Below are positions 46,632-56,270 of a stretch of DNA of 64,000 bases, piece after piece. A program made the position numbers and the translations under genes. This DNA is from an uncultured Candidatus Saccharibacteria bacterium (GTDB taxonomy: Bacteria; Patescibacteriota; Minisyncoccia; UBA6257; 2-01-FULL-56-20), in the NCBI GenBank assembly GCA_965231155.1, contig OZ246418.1, positions 637,710 through 701,709 of the forward strand, written 5' to 3'. Position 1 is the first letter of the stretch. The number at the start of each line of letters is the position of its first letter. The notes beneath the pieces were generated by a model. That model was not told where the DNA came from, did no database searches, and saw only the letters and a list, made by a program, of their open reading frames with translations.

Positions 46632-47609
46632 ATGAAAAAGTATAAAGAGGGAACTCATATGCAACTTGAATCCAATAGATCATTAATCGGTTTTTCTTTG
46701 CTGTTCGCAATCTGTTTGATTAGTGCCTCTTTTATTTTTCAGACTGTTTTTGCGGCGAATTTAACAACTTCCTTGATAGTAGGTAACGCTAGTCCAACAG
46801 TTGATACCGTTACCGTCAATAATGCTACTACTACGATAAATCTTAACTCGGGGAGTACTTTGAATAATGGTACGACGACAGTAACTATCAATTTTTCCGT
46901 CACTGACAATAATGGTTGCTCGGATGTCTTTTCGAGTGGCTCGTTGGCAATCCTTTTTTATCGCACCACCATCACTTCTTCCAGCTGTAATAGTAGTCAG
47001 AGTAACCTCAATTGTTATAAAGTTACGACTTCAACAAACAGTTGTTCTGGTGCTAACGTGAATGCGAATGCCACAGCGACTGTCGATGTTTATTATTTTG
47101 CCAATGCCACTGATGCGAGTTCCAGCTTTCCGTCGACAGATTGGCGAGCGACAGTGATCGCCACTGATGGAAGTGCCGGGAGCGGCTTCCGTGATTCTTC
47201 TGGGATTGAAGTGAATACTTTAGTAGCTATAGATGTGACTACTTCTTCTATTAACTACGGAACGGTGACTGCCGGGTCCGACACTAGCTCCACTAATCAG
47301 ACGGCCACCACCACGAATGCTGGTAATGCTTCTACGACGCTACAACTTTCAGCACAGCAAACTTTGAAGTTTGGTGCGAATGCAATTGCCACTTCTAGTC
47401 AGCGATATGCGACTTCTGCCTTCACCTATGCAGGGGCTAGCGTACCACTTTCGGATTCTGCCACCACGGTTAGTGGTTTCTTATTGACCTCCCCAACGTC
47501 GACTACAAATGTGGCCGGGGCTTCGTTCTGGGGAGTTTCCGTTTCTAGTAGCTATCCGACCGGAACATATACTGGTACGACTATTTTTGGAGCCCTGTTC
47601 CAGCCCTAG
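46632..47609 (+). CDS. Secreted protein paralogous to an internal adhesin-like domain of the preceding giant protein. The start is set after the upstream stop.
   Basis: Signal peptide. NGCSDVFSSG…NCYK…YYFANATDASSS…DWRAT…LVAIDVTTSSINYGTVTAGSDTSSTNQT aligns with residues around 1180-1450 of the 1717-aa protein. The two proteins share the C-terminal motif S.SSS.P.GTYTGT…F.P. Confidence 0.65.
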   Translation: MKKYKEGTHMQLESNRSLIGFSLLFAICLISASFIFQTVFAANLTTSLIVGNASPTVDTVTVNNATTTINLNSGSTLNNGTTTVTINFSVTDNNGCSDVFSSGSLAILFYRTTITSSSCNSSQSNLNCYKVTTSTNSCSGANVNANATATVDVYYFANATDASSSFPSTDWRATVIATDGSAGSGFRDSSGIEVNTLVAIDVTTSSINYGTVTAGSDTSSTNQTATTTNAGNASTTLQLSAQQTLKFGANAIATSSQRYATSAFTYAGASVPLSDSATTVSGFLLTSPTSTTNVAGASFWGVSVSSSYPTGTYTGTTIFGALFQP

Positions 47610-47733
47610 TCGTTTACTAATCTAAGTACCAGAAGAAGTTTTTATGGCGATATTTTTTCACGCACGGGAAGCCCTAGGAAAGGGTTTTTCTTGTTTGCAT
47701 CCAGGTGAAGAAAGACGGTATAATTCAGTGGTA

Positions 47734-48639
47734 ATGGGCAAGTACCATGGTTTTTGGTGGGTATTTTTATTGATATTTTTTGTTTTCCCACTATCTCAGG
47801 TGGAGGCTGGTTTTGGTATCTCTCCGCCGTATTTCAGCGCCGAACATCTTGTACCAGGTGTTACTTATGGGCAGAGTATTTATTTGGTCAGAGATGATCC
47901 TAGTATGGATCTCCCTATGCGTGCTGAATTAGAGTTGAATCCACCAAGTGTCAAAGAGTGGCTAACCGTTGATCCAGGAATTGAGTTCGTCATTCCAAAA
48001 GGAGTGCGCCAGTTTCCAGTAACCATTAAGGCCAAGGTTCCTAAAGATATTAAACTTGCCTCATATGGAGGTAATATTCGTTTTGTTACAGTTCCTCCAA
48101 AAAATGGTCAGGTGACTATTGCCTATGGTGCAAATCTTCAGCTAAACCTGGTGGTTGGAGAGGGAATTTTTAAAAAGTTTTCTGTGCCACTGGTGAAGAT
48201 TCTAGATATCGAAGAGGGTTGGGATCCTCGTGTTTTGATTCGCTACAATAACGAAGGTAACGTTACAGAAAGTCTGACCGGCGCAACGTTTGAGGTTCGA
48301 GATCAGTTCGATAGTGTCCGTCTTGGATTTGTTCAAACTAAAGATAACTTCCCTGAAATTCCTGCTTTCGTATCTCAAGAACAAACCGTTGATTTCCCAA
48401 TCGATACTCACCTGAGTTTAGGGCAGTACTACGGCCTTATTAATCTTTATCAGGGTGATAAGCTAGTCGCCAGTCAGAAAATGGTTTTCAATGTTCTCCC
48501 GCCAGGAACCTTTTCTGGTTTGTGGGGAAAAATTTTGGGATATTTGAAGATTCGACAGTTCGGCCCTTACTACCTAATTGGAATTTTAATCTTAGGGTAT
48601 ATCTTTATTTTTTCGAAGCGTAGGAAAGATCGTCGCTGA
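47734..48639 (+). CDS. Secreted protein with a C-terminal TM anchor. Hypothetical surface protein. The start is set at MGKYHGFWWVFL.
   Basis: An N-terminal hydrophobic signal and a C-terminal helix YYLIGILILGYIFIF followed by the basic tail SKRRKDRR. Confidence 0.5.
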   Translation: MGKYHGFWWVFLLIFFVFPLSQVEAGFGISPPYFSAEHLVPGVTYGQSIYLVRDDPSMDLPMRAELELNPPSVKEWLTVDPGIEFVIPKGVRQFPVTIKAKVPKDIKLASYGGNIRFVTVPPKNGQVTIAYGANLQLNLVVGEGIFKKFSVPLVKILDIEEGWDPRVLIRYNNEGNVTESLTGATFEVRDQFDSVRLGFVQTKDNFPEIPAFVSQEQTVDFPIDTHLSLGQYYGLINLYQGDKLVASQKMVFNVLPPGTFSGLWGKILGYLKIRQFGPYYLIGILILGYIFIFSKRRKDRR

Positions 48640-48656
48640 GTGGTCGGAATTTCGTA

Positions 48657-49871
48657 GTGAACATTATAATAATCTATATGCTGCGCCAAGGAAGACGGAT
48701 AACTTTTTTACTTCTACTGCTTCTTGGTTGCACTGTAGCTCTTGGAGCTTCTGCCGAAGTGATTACCTTTGGATTGACTGTCGTGGTTACTCCAGCACCT
48801 CCTACTAGTTTAGGGGCAACGGCTATTTCTGCGAGTCAGATTAATCTTTCTTGGAGTGATAATTCTTCTAATGAGGATGGATTTGCGATTGAAAGAAAAC
48901 TTGGTTCTGGGGGAAGCTATGTTCAAATTGCCACAACGGGCAGTAATATTGCGACATATTCAGATACGGGTCTTTCTGCGGCTACCACTTATTTCTATCG
49001 AGTAAGTTCTTTTAATACTGATGGATCATCTATCTATAGTGATGAGGTGAGTGCGACAACAGCCTCTTCTGGGGTAACTCCAAGCGGGGGTGGGGGAGGT
49101 GGCGGCGCAGGAGGAGGTGGTGCGCCTTCTACCGTTACTGCTGCCTTACTGAGGGGTGTGGCCTATCCTGGAAGTCTGGTTTCCCTCCTTAAGGATGCTC
49201 AGCTCGTAGCCACCACGACAGCGAACGCCAGTGGAGCTTTTCAGTTTAGTTTATCCAATCTTACTGCTGGTATGTATAATTTTGGCGTCTGGGCGCAAGA
49301 TGCACGAGGCAATCGATCTTTGACCATCGGTTTTAATATCGTGATGATTGGTGGTATGACGAATACCGTGAGTGGTATATTTCTTCCGCCAATTATTGCT
49401 ATTGATAAAAGCGAGGTGAAACGGGGTGATATTTTAACAATTTACGGACAGAGTGCTTCGGAGGCTCGGATAAATCTCCTTATTAACTCTTCGAATACTT
49501 TGTATAAAGATGCCAGCGCTGATGCGAATGGCTTGTGGACTTATAAATTTAATACCGAAGAGATTGAGCTGGGGGATCATACTACACGTGCGAAAGCCCT
49601 CAAAGACAATGAGGCAAGTACTTATTCGCAACCACTGCCATTTAAAGTTGGATCAAAGAATGTTGCGATTAAGCCATCAGATAAATGTCCGCTGAAGGGT
49701 GATTTAAATAATGACTGTCGAGTTAACCTAGTCGATTTTTCAATTGCTGCCTACTGGTGGAAGCGTCCGTTAACTGAACGTGCGAGATCGACTGTCGATG
49801 GAAAATTATTTTCCGATGGTGTAATAAATCTTCGAGATTTCAGTGTTATGGCTTATTATTGGACTGGATAG
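48657..49871 (+). CDS. Secreted FN3-domain protein with a Gly-rich linker, Ig-like domains, and a C-terminal dockerin-like module.
   Basis: Signal peptide. The FN3 domain is PPTSLGATAISASQINLSWSDNSSNEDGFAIERK…YFYRVSSFN. The linker is GGGGGGGAGGGG. The C-terminus GDLNNDCRVNLVDFSIAAYWW…DGKLFSDGVINLRDFSVMAYYW matches a duplicated Ca-binding dockerin pattern (D.N.D..VN..D). Confidence 0.6.
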   Translation: MNIIIIYMLRQGRRITFLLLLLLGCTVALGASAEVITFGLTVVVTPAPPTSLGATAISASQINLSWSDNSSNEDGFAIERKLGSGGSYVQIATTGSNIATYSDTGLSAATTYFYRVSSFNTDGSSIYSDEVSATTASSGVTPSGGGGGGGAGGGGAPSTVTAALLRGVAYPGSLVSLLKDAQLVATTTANASGAFQFSLSNLTAGMYNFGVWAQDARGNRSLTIGFNIVMIGGMTNTVSGIFLPPIIAIDKSEVKRGDILTIYGQSASEARINLLINSSNTLYKDASADANGLWTYKFNTEEIELGDHTTRAKALKDNEASTYSQPLPFKVGSKNVAIKPSDKCPLKGDLNNDCRVNLVDFSIAAYWWKRPLTERARSTVDGKLFSDGVINLRDFSVMAYYWTG

Positions 49872-50833
49872 CGATGAATTATTTTTTCATGATGAGAACA
49901 AAAAAAGATAGTTGGGGATATATCGAGGTGGTAGGTTTTTTTTCTGCTCTTATTCTTTTTTCAAATCCCTTAATTACCTCGGCAGCAGAACTACGGTTTA
50001 GCAACTATCCATCCCTAGTGCACTCTGGAGATCGATTTAGTGTCGACGTCCGACTTTCTACTGAGGGAAGTAATGTGAATGCGCTTGGTGGTAAAGTGCT
50101 TGTGAGTTCGAATTTGAAGATTGAAAATATCAAAGATGGGCAGTCCTTAGTTGGAGTTTGGACCGAACGTCCTGAGGCTTTGCCTAATATGTTGGAGAGT
50201 TCTTTCTCGGGGATTATTCCAGGAGGTTATCTCGGGGAGAATGGAGCCATATTTACGCTTGATTTAGAGGCACATGGAACCGGTCCGGCCAAGATTGAAT
50301 TTTCCAATTTGACCGTGTTTGGAAATGATGGAATAGCAACACCAGTTGAGGTAACTTCTGCGCCTCTCGTGTTCACTATCGACCCACGAAACACTTCTTT
50401 GGCTAACCCTAGGATTCCTGATCTTTTTCCGCCAGAGTCATTTGTTCCAGAGATAGCCCGTAACGAAGATATTTTCGATAATAGATATTTTCTGGTTTTC
50501 CAGACAGTTGATAAGCAATCTGGGATAGACCACTATGAAGTTGCTGAGATTTCAACGCTAGGAAAAGCGTCGACTATCTCTTCGGCCTGGCAAAAGACAA
50601 CTAGTCCCTATCTCCTAAAAGATCAGAATCTTCAGAGTGATGTATACGTGAGAGCCGTGGATCGAGCTGGAAATTTTATTGTAATCAAATTACCAGCTCG
50701 CTTCGCCAATGTTTCTCCAAGAAAAGACTTCCTTCTGGTTTGGATAGCGATCTTTGGCTTCGTTCTTCTTCTCATCTTTTCTCTGATGCGGAAGGGTAAG
50801 GAGTTTTTAAATAGTCGAAAAACTATTCAATGA
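49859..50833 (+). CDS. Cohesin-like domain protein with a C-terminal TM anchor. The start may be an internal Met at 49874, 49889 or 49892.
   Basis: An N-terminal hydrophobic segment precedes a beta-sandwich of about 130 aa (LRFSNYPSLVHSGDRFSVDVRLS…GAIFTLDLEAHGTGPAKIEFSNLTVFGNDG) whose pattern matches the cohesin fold. The C-terminal helix is LLVWIAIFGFVLLLIFSLM. Confidence 0.55.
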   Translation: MDWIAMNYFFMMRTKKDSWGYIEVVGFFSALILFSNPLITSAAELRFSNYPSLVHSGDRFSVDVRLSTEGSNVNALGGKVLVSSNLKIENIKDGQSLVGVWTERPEALPNMLESSFSGIIPGGYLGENGAIFTLDLEAHGTGPAKIEFSNLTVFGNDGIATPVEVTSAPLVFTIDPRNTSLANPRIPDLFPPESFVPEIARNEDIFDNRYFLVFQTVDKQSGIDHYEVAEISTLGKASTISSAWQKTTSPYLLKDQNLQSDVYVRAVDRAGNFIVIKLPARFANVSPRKDFLLVWIAIFGFVLLLIFSLMRKGKEFLNSRKTIQ

Positions 50834-52341
50834 TATTCATGAACATATCGAAGATCGGAGTATCGCTATTTATTTTGAGTTCGATTTTTCTTTTACCACT
50901 GACTAGCCAAGCAGCCGATATCTCTCTTTCTCCGCAGACTGGTAGTTTTAGTGTTGGGGAGAATTTCCCCGTTCGAATTCTCTTAGATTCTCCTGGGGAG
51001 GCGGCAAATGCAATTTCTGGCCAGATCGTTTTCCCCGTAGATCTCCTTGCGGTAGTGAACTTGTCCAAGGGCCCACTAATAAACTTCTGGGTAGAGCAAC
51101 CAAACTTTTCTAATAATCAGGGTACTATTCGATTCGAAGGAGTCACATTCAATCCTGGGTTTAGTGGCACTAATGGACAGATAGCAACTGTTATTTTCCG
51201 AGGAAAAAGAACTGGCGAAGCAAATATTAGATTTCAGAATGCTACGGTACTTGCGAATGATGGGGAGGGAACTGACATTACCGATGAAAAAAGAGGGGCT
51301 TTCATTACTATCTCCCCTCAGAAAGTTTTTCCTACTTCTTCTACGCTTAAGGTAGTGGCAATTACCTCGCCAACACACCCAGACTCTGCCCATTGGTATA
51401 GCAAGCGGTCGGCTGATTTCTCCCTTAGTTTTGTTTCTGGCACAGAAGCAATTGCCCTTACAGTAGATACTCAGCCGGGGACTATTCCTTCTACCAGCCT
51501 CAAAGAATTAGTATCCTCCTATAAAACTTCTGAACTTTCAGATGGTGAATGGTATCTCCACGCTCGAGCAAGGAGTTCTGGACGATGGGGAGAAAGTAGC
51601 CATTTCCTTTTCCGGATTGATAGTCAGCCTCCTCAGTCCTTCCCCATCAAGCTCGTTAATGGCCTAGAGACAACTGTTAGTCGTCCAGAAATCGTTTTCG
51701 GAACTATTGATACACTTTCTGGTGTCAATCGTTATGAAATCTTAATCGATGATCAATTAGTAACTATTGTAAAAGCTAAGTCGGGAGAGCTATATCATCT
51801 TTTCCAGTTGCCGTATCAATTTTGGGGTGAAAAGAAGGTTCAGGTTTCAGCCATTGATAACGCTGGCAATAGTCAGCACTCAACAGTGGTATTCACGATC
51901 AATCCAAATCCGTGGCTCTACTTCTTCTTGATCCTGCTACTCTTCCTTGTTATTGCTTTCTCTTGGTTGATGATCAAACGTCGAAGAATAGTGCAACCAG
52001 AAGCTCCTAAGCCAGTTGTTTCTCGAGGGATTCCTCCAGAGAAATCAACGAGTCTATTCGAGACATCGTATCGAGTAGAGAAAGATATTTCCGCTCTTGA
52101 ATTAGACTTGAAAAATCTGATTGACCTAAAAAACGAACAAAAAGCTTTTGCCTATCTTAAGAGTGCGCGATCACGACAATTATCTGATGCGGATATCCAT
52201 AAAGAGTTAGTTGAGGTTGGTTGGAGCGAAGAAGAAATTAGAACATTACTCCAGGAAGAACTCATGTTGAGTGCCATCCATAAAAAAGTTCAGGATAATC
52301 TTGGGGAAATCAACGAAGAGAGCCAGGAGGTGGCGAGCTAG
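50830..52341 (+). CDS. Cohesin-like domain protein, paralogous to the preceding gene, with a TM anchor and a cytoplasmic tail of about 130 aa.
   Basis: Signal peptide. The cohesin-like region is ISLSPQTGSFSVGENFPVRILLDSPGEAANAISGQIVFPVDLL…GQIATVIFRGKRTGEANIRFQNATVLANDG. The TM helix is WLYFFLILLLFLVIAFSWLMI. The tail is helical and charged. Confidence 0.55.
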   Translation: MIFMNISKIGVSLFILSSIFLLPLTSQAADISLSPQTGSFSVGENFPVRILLDSPGEAANAISGQIVFPVDLLAVVNLSKGPLINFWVEQPNFSNNQGTIRFEGVTFNPGFSGTNGQIATVIFRGKRTGEANIRFQNATVLANDGEGTDITDEKRGAFITISPQKVFPTSSTLKVVAITSPTHPDSAHWYSKRSADFSLSFVSGTEAIALTVDTQPGTIPSTSLKELVSSYKTSELSDGEWYLHARARSSGRWGESSHFLFRIDSQPPQSFPIKLVNGLETTVSRPEIVFGTIDTLSGVNRYEILIDDQLVTIVKAKSGELYHLFQLPYQFWGEKKVQVSAIDNAGNSQHSTVVFTINPNPWLYFFLILLLFLVIAFSWLMIKRRRIVQPEAPKPVVSRGIPPEKSTSLFETSYRVEKDISALELDLKNLIDLKNEQKAFAYLKSARSRQLSDADIHKELVEVGWSEEEIRTLLQEELMLSAIHKKVQDNLGEINEESQEVAS

Positions 52342-53216
52342 AACCTCACGATACTTTTTCCTTCGATCTGGAAACTCTCTAGCTGAAGACAGTTGGCTGC
52401 TACTTTTGCAGAAATCAATTTTATCCTTTTTTTAGCTGGCAGTGTATAACTACTCATTCCAATTGGTTTTTCGAGAAGCGTCCAGGCTATAGGTTCGGTA
52501 GAAAAAGCAAGTATTTTTCTTAGAATAACTATATTCTTTGGATGATCCTTCACGAGAAGGGCATTTCTTAAATCTTCTTCGGTAATAAAGGCGTCTTCGG
52601 TTTTAAATTTTTTAGTAAAACTAGCCAACTGCTCTTCCTGGGGGAGTAGAAGAATAGTCCCTTTTAGGTAGTCGGGAATAATTTTTATGAAAGTTTCTGC
52701 ACCCAATACTGCAAGTTTTTCTTCGAGAGTTTTATAGTTCAGAGTGTCAGCTTCATAATTTCTAAGAAGCGCAAGATTGAGAACTGGACCATGATCAACT
52801 TCGGCATCCATTTTATAAATTGAGACTCCAGTTTCTTTCTCTCCACTTAAGATCACTGATTGGATAGGCGAACTACCTCGGAAAGAGGGGAGGAGGGAGG
52901 GATGAATACCCAACGTTCCAAGCCTGGGCAGTGCGAGGATGGAAGATGGAATAATTTTGGCATAGGCAGCGACGAGAAAAAAATCGGCGGTCGTGAAGAT
53001 CTCTGAAAATTCAAAATCTTTGAGGCGTTCTGGCTGAAAAACTGGAATATTTTTTTCTTCACCAATCACTTTTGTTGATGGTGATGTCATTATCATCTTC
53101 CTCCCAGACTGACGATCGGGACTGGCAACGATTGCTGAAGGTGGCAGTTTCGCCTCGATTAATTTTTGTAAAACAATGGAAGCAAATCGAGGGCTTCCAA
53201 AAAATACATACTTCAT
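52338..53216 (-). CDS. fmt: Methionyl-tRNA formyltransferase.
   Basis: The N-terminal motif is FFGSP.F. The formyltransferase core runs HPSLLP…RG.SPIQ. The C-terminal domain is present. Confidence 0.8.
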   Translation of the reverse strand: MKYVFFGSPRFASIVLQKLIEAKLPPSAIVASPDRQSGRKMIMTSPSTKVIGEEKNIPVFQPERLKDFEFSEIFTTADFFLVAAYAKIIPSSILALPRLGTLGIHPSLLPSFRGSSPIQSVILSGEKETGVSIYKMDAEVDHGPVLNLALLRNYEADTLNYKTLEEKLAVLGAETFIKIIPDYLKGTILLLPQEEQLASFTKKFKTEDAFITEEDLRNALLVKDHPKNIVILRKILAFSTEPIAWTLLEKPIGMSSYTLPAKKRIKLISAKVAANCLQLESFQIEGKSIVRF

Positions 53217-53232
53217 AGTTTAAAGAATGAAA

Positions 53233-53772
53233 CTAATCTTCTTTTTTCAACTCCCTCTTCTTTAACCGTTCAGAAGCGGGAACGTTCTGGATATTTCTTG
53301 CTTTTTCGATAAAAAGTTTCCCATCAAGATGATCCACTTCGTGCTGAAACACATGGGCCAGTAGTCCCCAAGCCCTAATCTTCACTGTTTTTCCATTCTT
53401 ATCCTGGCCCTTGAGAACTACTTCGAGAGATCGTTTTACTTCACCATATGTCCCAGGAACACTTAAACAACCCTCTTCGAGAAAATCAGTTTCCTCTGAA
53501 TATTTCTCTATGGTGGGGTTGAAAATTGCATAGAACTTCATTTTTCCATCCGGATAAGAAGGTACTTCAGCAACAAAAAGACGGTAAGAAAGTCCTATTT
53601 GATTGGCGCTCAATCCCACGCCATTAGCCTTACGCATCATGTTGCGCATTTTCTGAAGAAGCGGTTTGATATCTTCAGTGGGGAACTTTGATAAGTCGAC
53701 CTCCTTTGTTTTTTTATGGAGGAAGATGTCTTCGGTTGATTGGCTATGGACGAGGATGTGATCGTTTTCCAT
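53233..53772 (-). CDS. def: Peptide deformylase.
   Basis: Motifs GLSANQIG, EGCLSVPG, and HEVDHLDG are present. Confidence 0.85.
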   Translation of the reverse strand: MENDHILVHSQSTEDIFLHKKTKEVDLSKFPTEDIKPLLQKMRNMMRKANGVGLSANQIGLSYRLFVAEVPSYPDGKMKFYAIFNPTIEKYSEETDFLEEGCLSVPGTYGEVKRSLEVVLKGQDKNGKTVKIRAWGLLAHVFQHEVDHLDGKLFIEKARNIQNVPASERLKKRELKKED

Positions 53773-54034
53773 TGGTCTTTTTCTGAGTGAGGAGGCTCAT
53801 AAAATAGGCTCCCTTACTAATAATATTCTTTCTTTCCTGGACCTCTTTCGCGAGAGCAAGGAGTCTACTGGGATCGTTATTTTTGGCAAGTTTAATGTAG
53901 AGAGCTTTATGTTTCTCGTCTTCTAGGATCTGAGATATCTCGAGGCCCAGAAGCTGATAGGGCTTGTAGACTTTCGATTTTCTGCCACGCTCTCGAAGCG
54001 TTTCCAAAAAATCTTTATCCATCTTGCCGTTCAT
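53744..54034 (-). CDS. Hypothetical protein of about 96 aa. The start is set at MNGKMDKDF.
   Basis: ORF only. It overlaps the def start, and no family was recognised. Confidence 0.35.
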   Translation of the reverse strand: MNGKMDKDFLETLRERGRKSKVYKPYQLLGLEISQILEDEKHKALYIKLAKNNDPSRLLALAKEVQERKNIISKGAYFMSLLTQKKTNGKRSHPRP

Positions 54035-54102
54035 TGTACTCGAAAGCGAGATTTTATCAAAATTTGTGTGAATCAACTAATTCTATTAGAATTAACAGCA
54101 TT

Positions 54103-55353
54103 ATGCCTCGTAAAATCGCTTCTTCCTTCGTTATTTTGATGGGTATTATCGTTCTTTTCGGTGGTGGATACTTTTTTGGCTTTGTAGTTGGCCAGGAGAC
54201 TCCAAAGACTATCCTGGTGCAAGGAGTTTCTAACCTCCAGAAAGACGCTCCACCGGCTATTGATTTTTCAGTTTTTTGGCAGGCCTGGGATCTTCTTGGT
54301 CGTGAACATTTAAAACATGCGGAAGCCAACGATCAGAAAAAAGTTTATGGGGCAATTCGTGGTTTAGTACAGTCGGTTGGTGATCCTTACACGCAGTATT
54401 TCACTCCCGCTGACAACACACGATTCAAAGAAGATGTCGGGGGAAGTTTCGGAGGTATCGGTGCAGAACTAGGCATACGGGATCAGGGACTAACGATCAT
54501 TGCACCACTCAAGGATACTCCTGCGAGCCGAGCTGGGCTTAAGGCCGGAGATCTTATTGTAAAAATTAATTCGACTTCAACTGAAAACCTGCAGATTGAT
54601 GAGGCGATTAGTTTTATTCGCGGTCCTCAAAATTCGACTGTTACCTTGTCAGTTTTCCGAAAAAGCTGGGGGAAAACTAAAGACTTTGTCCTAAATCGAG
54701 AGGTGATTAATCTCCCCACCTTAGATTCCGAGGTATTGGATGGCAATATCCTTTATGTGCATCTTTATAGCTTCAATGCCATTGCTAATAGGAAATTAGG
54801 AGAAACTCTACAAGAAACTCTCAGTAAAAAACCAATTGGAGGTATTATTTTTGACTTAAGAGATAATCCTGGAGGGTATTTAGAAGTGGCAGTTAATATG
54901 GCAAATTGGTTCTTGCCTAAGGGGACACTCATTGTCACCGAACAGGGACTAGGGAAGAAGGAAGAGTTTCGAGCTGAGAAAGAACCTCCACTCAGTACTA
55001 TTCCGATAGTTGTGCTGATCAACAAAGGATCAGCTTCAGCTTCTGAGATTCTTGCAGGAGCTTTACAGACTCACAAACGAGCGGTGCTTATTGGAGAACA
55101 AAGTTACGGCAAAGGGACTGTCCAGGAGTTGAAGGCGCTTAAAGATGGATCAGCGATTAAAATGACTATCGCGCACTGGGTTCTTCCTAATGGACAAATT
55201 CTCGAAGGGAATGGACTGAAGCCAGACTATCCAGTAGTTATTCCCGAGGAGATATTGAACTCTTCATCATCTTCGAAGATAGACCCTCAGTTGAATAAAG
55301 CGAAAGAAATTATCAAACCAAAAATTACCACACTTTTTAGAGCTTCTCCTTAA
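54103..55353 (+). CDS. ctpA: Carboxyl-terminal processing (S41, tail-specific) protease.
   Basis: An N-terminal TM helix, a PDZ domain (GIGAELG…GLKAGDLIVKIN), and the S41 catalytic region (VVLINKGSASASEILAGALQ…K). Confidence 0.8.
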   Translation: MPRKIASSFVILMGIIVLFGGGYFFGFVVGQETPKTILVQGVSNLQKDAPPAIDFSVFWQAWDLLGREHLKHAEANDQKKVYGAIRGLVQSVGDPYTQYFTPADNTRFKEDVGGSFGGIGAELGIRDQGLTIIAPLKDTPASRAGLKAGDLIVKINSTSTENLQIDEAISFIRGPQNSTVTLSVFRKSWGKTKDFVLNREVINLPTLDSEVLDGNILYVHLYSFNAIANRKLGETLQETLSKKPIGGIIFDLRDNPGGYLEVAVNMANWFLPKGTLIVTEQGLGKKEEFRAEKEPPLSTIPIVVLINKGSASASEILAGALQTHKRAVLIGEQSYGKGTVQELKALKDGSAIKMTIAHWVLPNGQILEGNGLKPDYPVVIPEEILNSSSSSKIDPQLNKAKEIIKPKITTLFRASP

Positions 55354-55364
55354 TTTTTTAAACT

Positions 55365-55814
55365 ATGAAGGTCATTTTTCTCCAAGATGTTCGGGGTGTC
55401 GGACGTCGTTCTGAAATAAAAGAAGTTTCTCCTGGCTATGCAAGAAACTTCCTTTTTCCAAAGAAACTTGCTGTTCTTGCGACTCCTGAGTTGGTGGTAG
55501 AGTTTGAAAAGAAGAAAGAGTTTGAAAAGAAGAGCGAAGCAGAGTTGTTAGTGCATCTTAAAGAGCTGGCACAGAAATTAAAGGAAAATAAAGTTTCTAT
55601 TCCAGTAAAGACTGATGCCCATGGCCGGATTTTTGGATCCGTTACTAAAGAAGCTATTCTTCAGGATATGAAGGATAGGGGAGTGATTACTGTTGAAAAA
55701 ATTGAGATCATTCTTTCCCGGCCTCTTAAAAAGGTAGGAGAGTATGAAGTCGAAGTTGACCTCAAGAAAGGAATCCGCTCGAAGTTGACCGTTATACTAC
55801 AGAAACAAGTTTAA
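55365..55814 (+). CDS. rplI: 50S ribosomal protein L9.
   Basis: [36 protein letters not shown]. Confidence 0.85.
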   Translation: MKVIFLQDVRGVGRRSEIKEVSPGYARNFLFPKKLAVLATPELVVEFEKKKEFEKKSEAELLVHLKELAQKLKENKVSIPVKTDAHGRIFGSVTKEAILQDMKDRGVITVEKIEIILSRPLKKVGEYEVEVDLKKGIRSKLTVILQKQV

Positions 55815-56064
55815 TCTGACGACGGGTGCCATCAAAATTGGTTTTCTGCTTCGTGGAGAACTTAACACGACCATCCTTCATGGCGTAGAGAGTATCGTCG
55901 CCACCTCGTTTTACATTAGTACCCTCGGAATATTTTGAACCGCGCTGACGAATGATGATCTGCCCCACTTTAATCACCTGACCATCCTGAATCTTGACGC
56001 CTAAACGCTTGGATTCTGAATCTCGTCCTAATTTAGTAGAGCCTAGGGCTTTGGTATGTGCCAT
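55792..56064 (-). CDS. rpmA: 50S ribosomal protein L27.
   Basis: [24 protein letters not shown]…GSKY…[16 protein letters not shown]. Confidence 0.85.
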   Translation of the reverse strand: MAHTKALGSTKLGRDSESKRLGVKIQDGQVIKVGQIIIRQRGSKYSEGTNVKRGGDDTLYAMKDGRVKFSTKQKTNFDGTRRQIKLVSVV

Positions 56065-56123
56065 TTCTGTTTAATATATAATCTAAATCTTATAGATGAA
56101 TATTCTATGGTATAATCGCATAA

Positions 56124-56270
56124 ATGTCAAAATATCGTCGAGAGATTATCTTCTTTTTGCTAGTATTTCTGACTGTAACCACCAGTTTCGCTATGGGCTA
56201 TATTCTGGGGAGGGGGGATAGCCACACACCTATCATAATACAGCAATTATCGCCTAAAAATGCCCTTTAA
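56124..56270 (+). CDS. Possible small membrane protein of 48 aa, not in the ORF track. TATAAT lies 8 nt upstream of its ATG.
   Basis: ATG…TAA with a single TM helix (IIFFLLVFLTVTTSFAMGYIL), in a 200-nt intergenic gap. Confidence 0.25.
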   Translation: MSKYRREIIFFLLVFLTVTTSFAMGYILGRGDSHTPIIIQQLSPKNAL

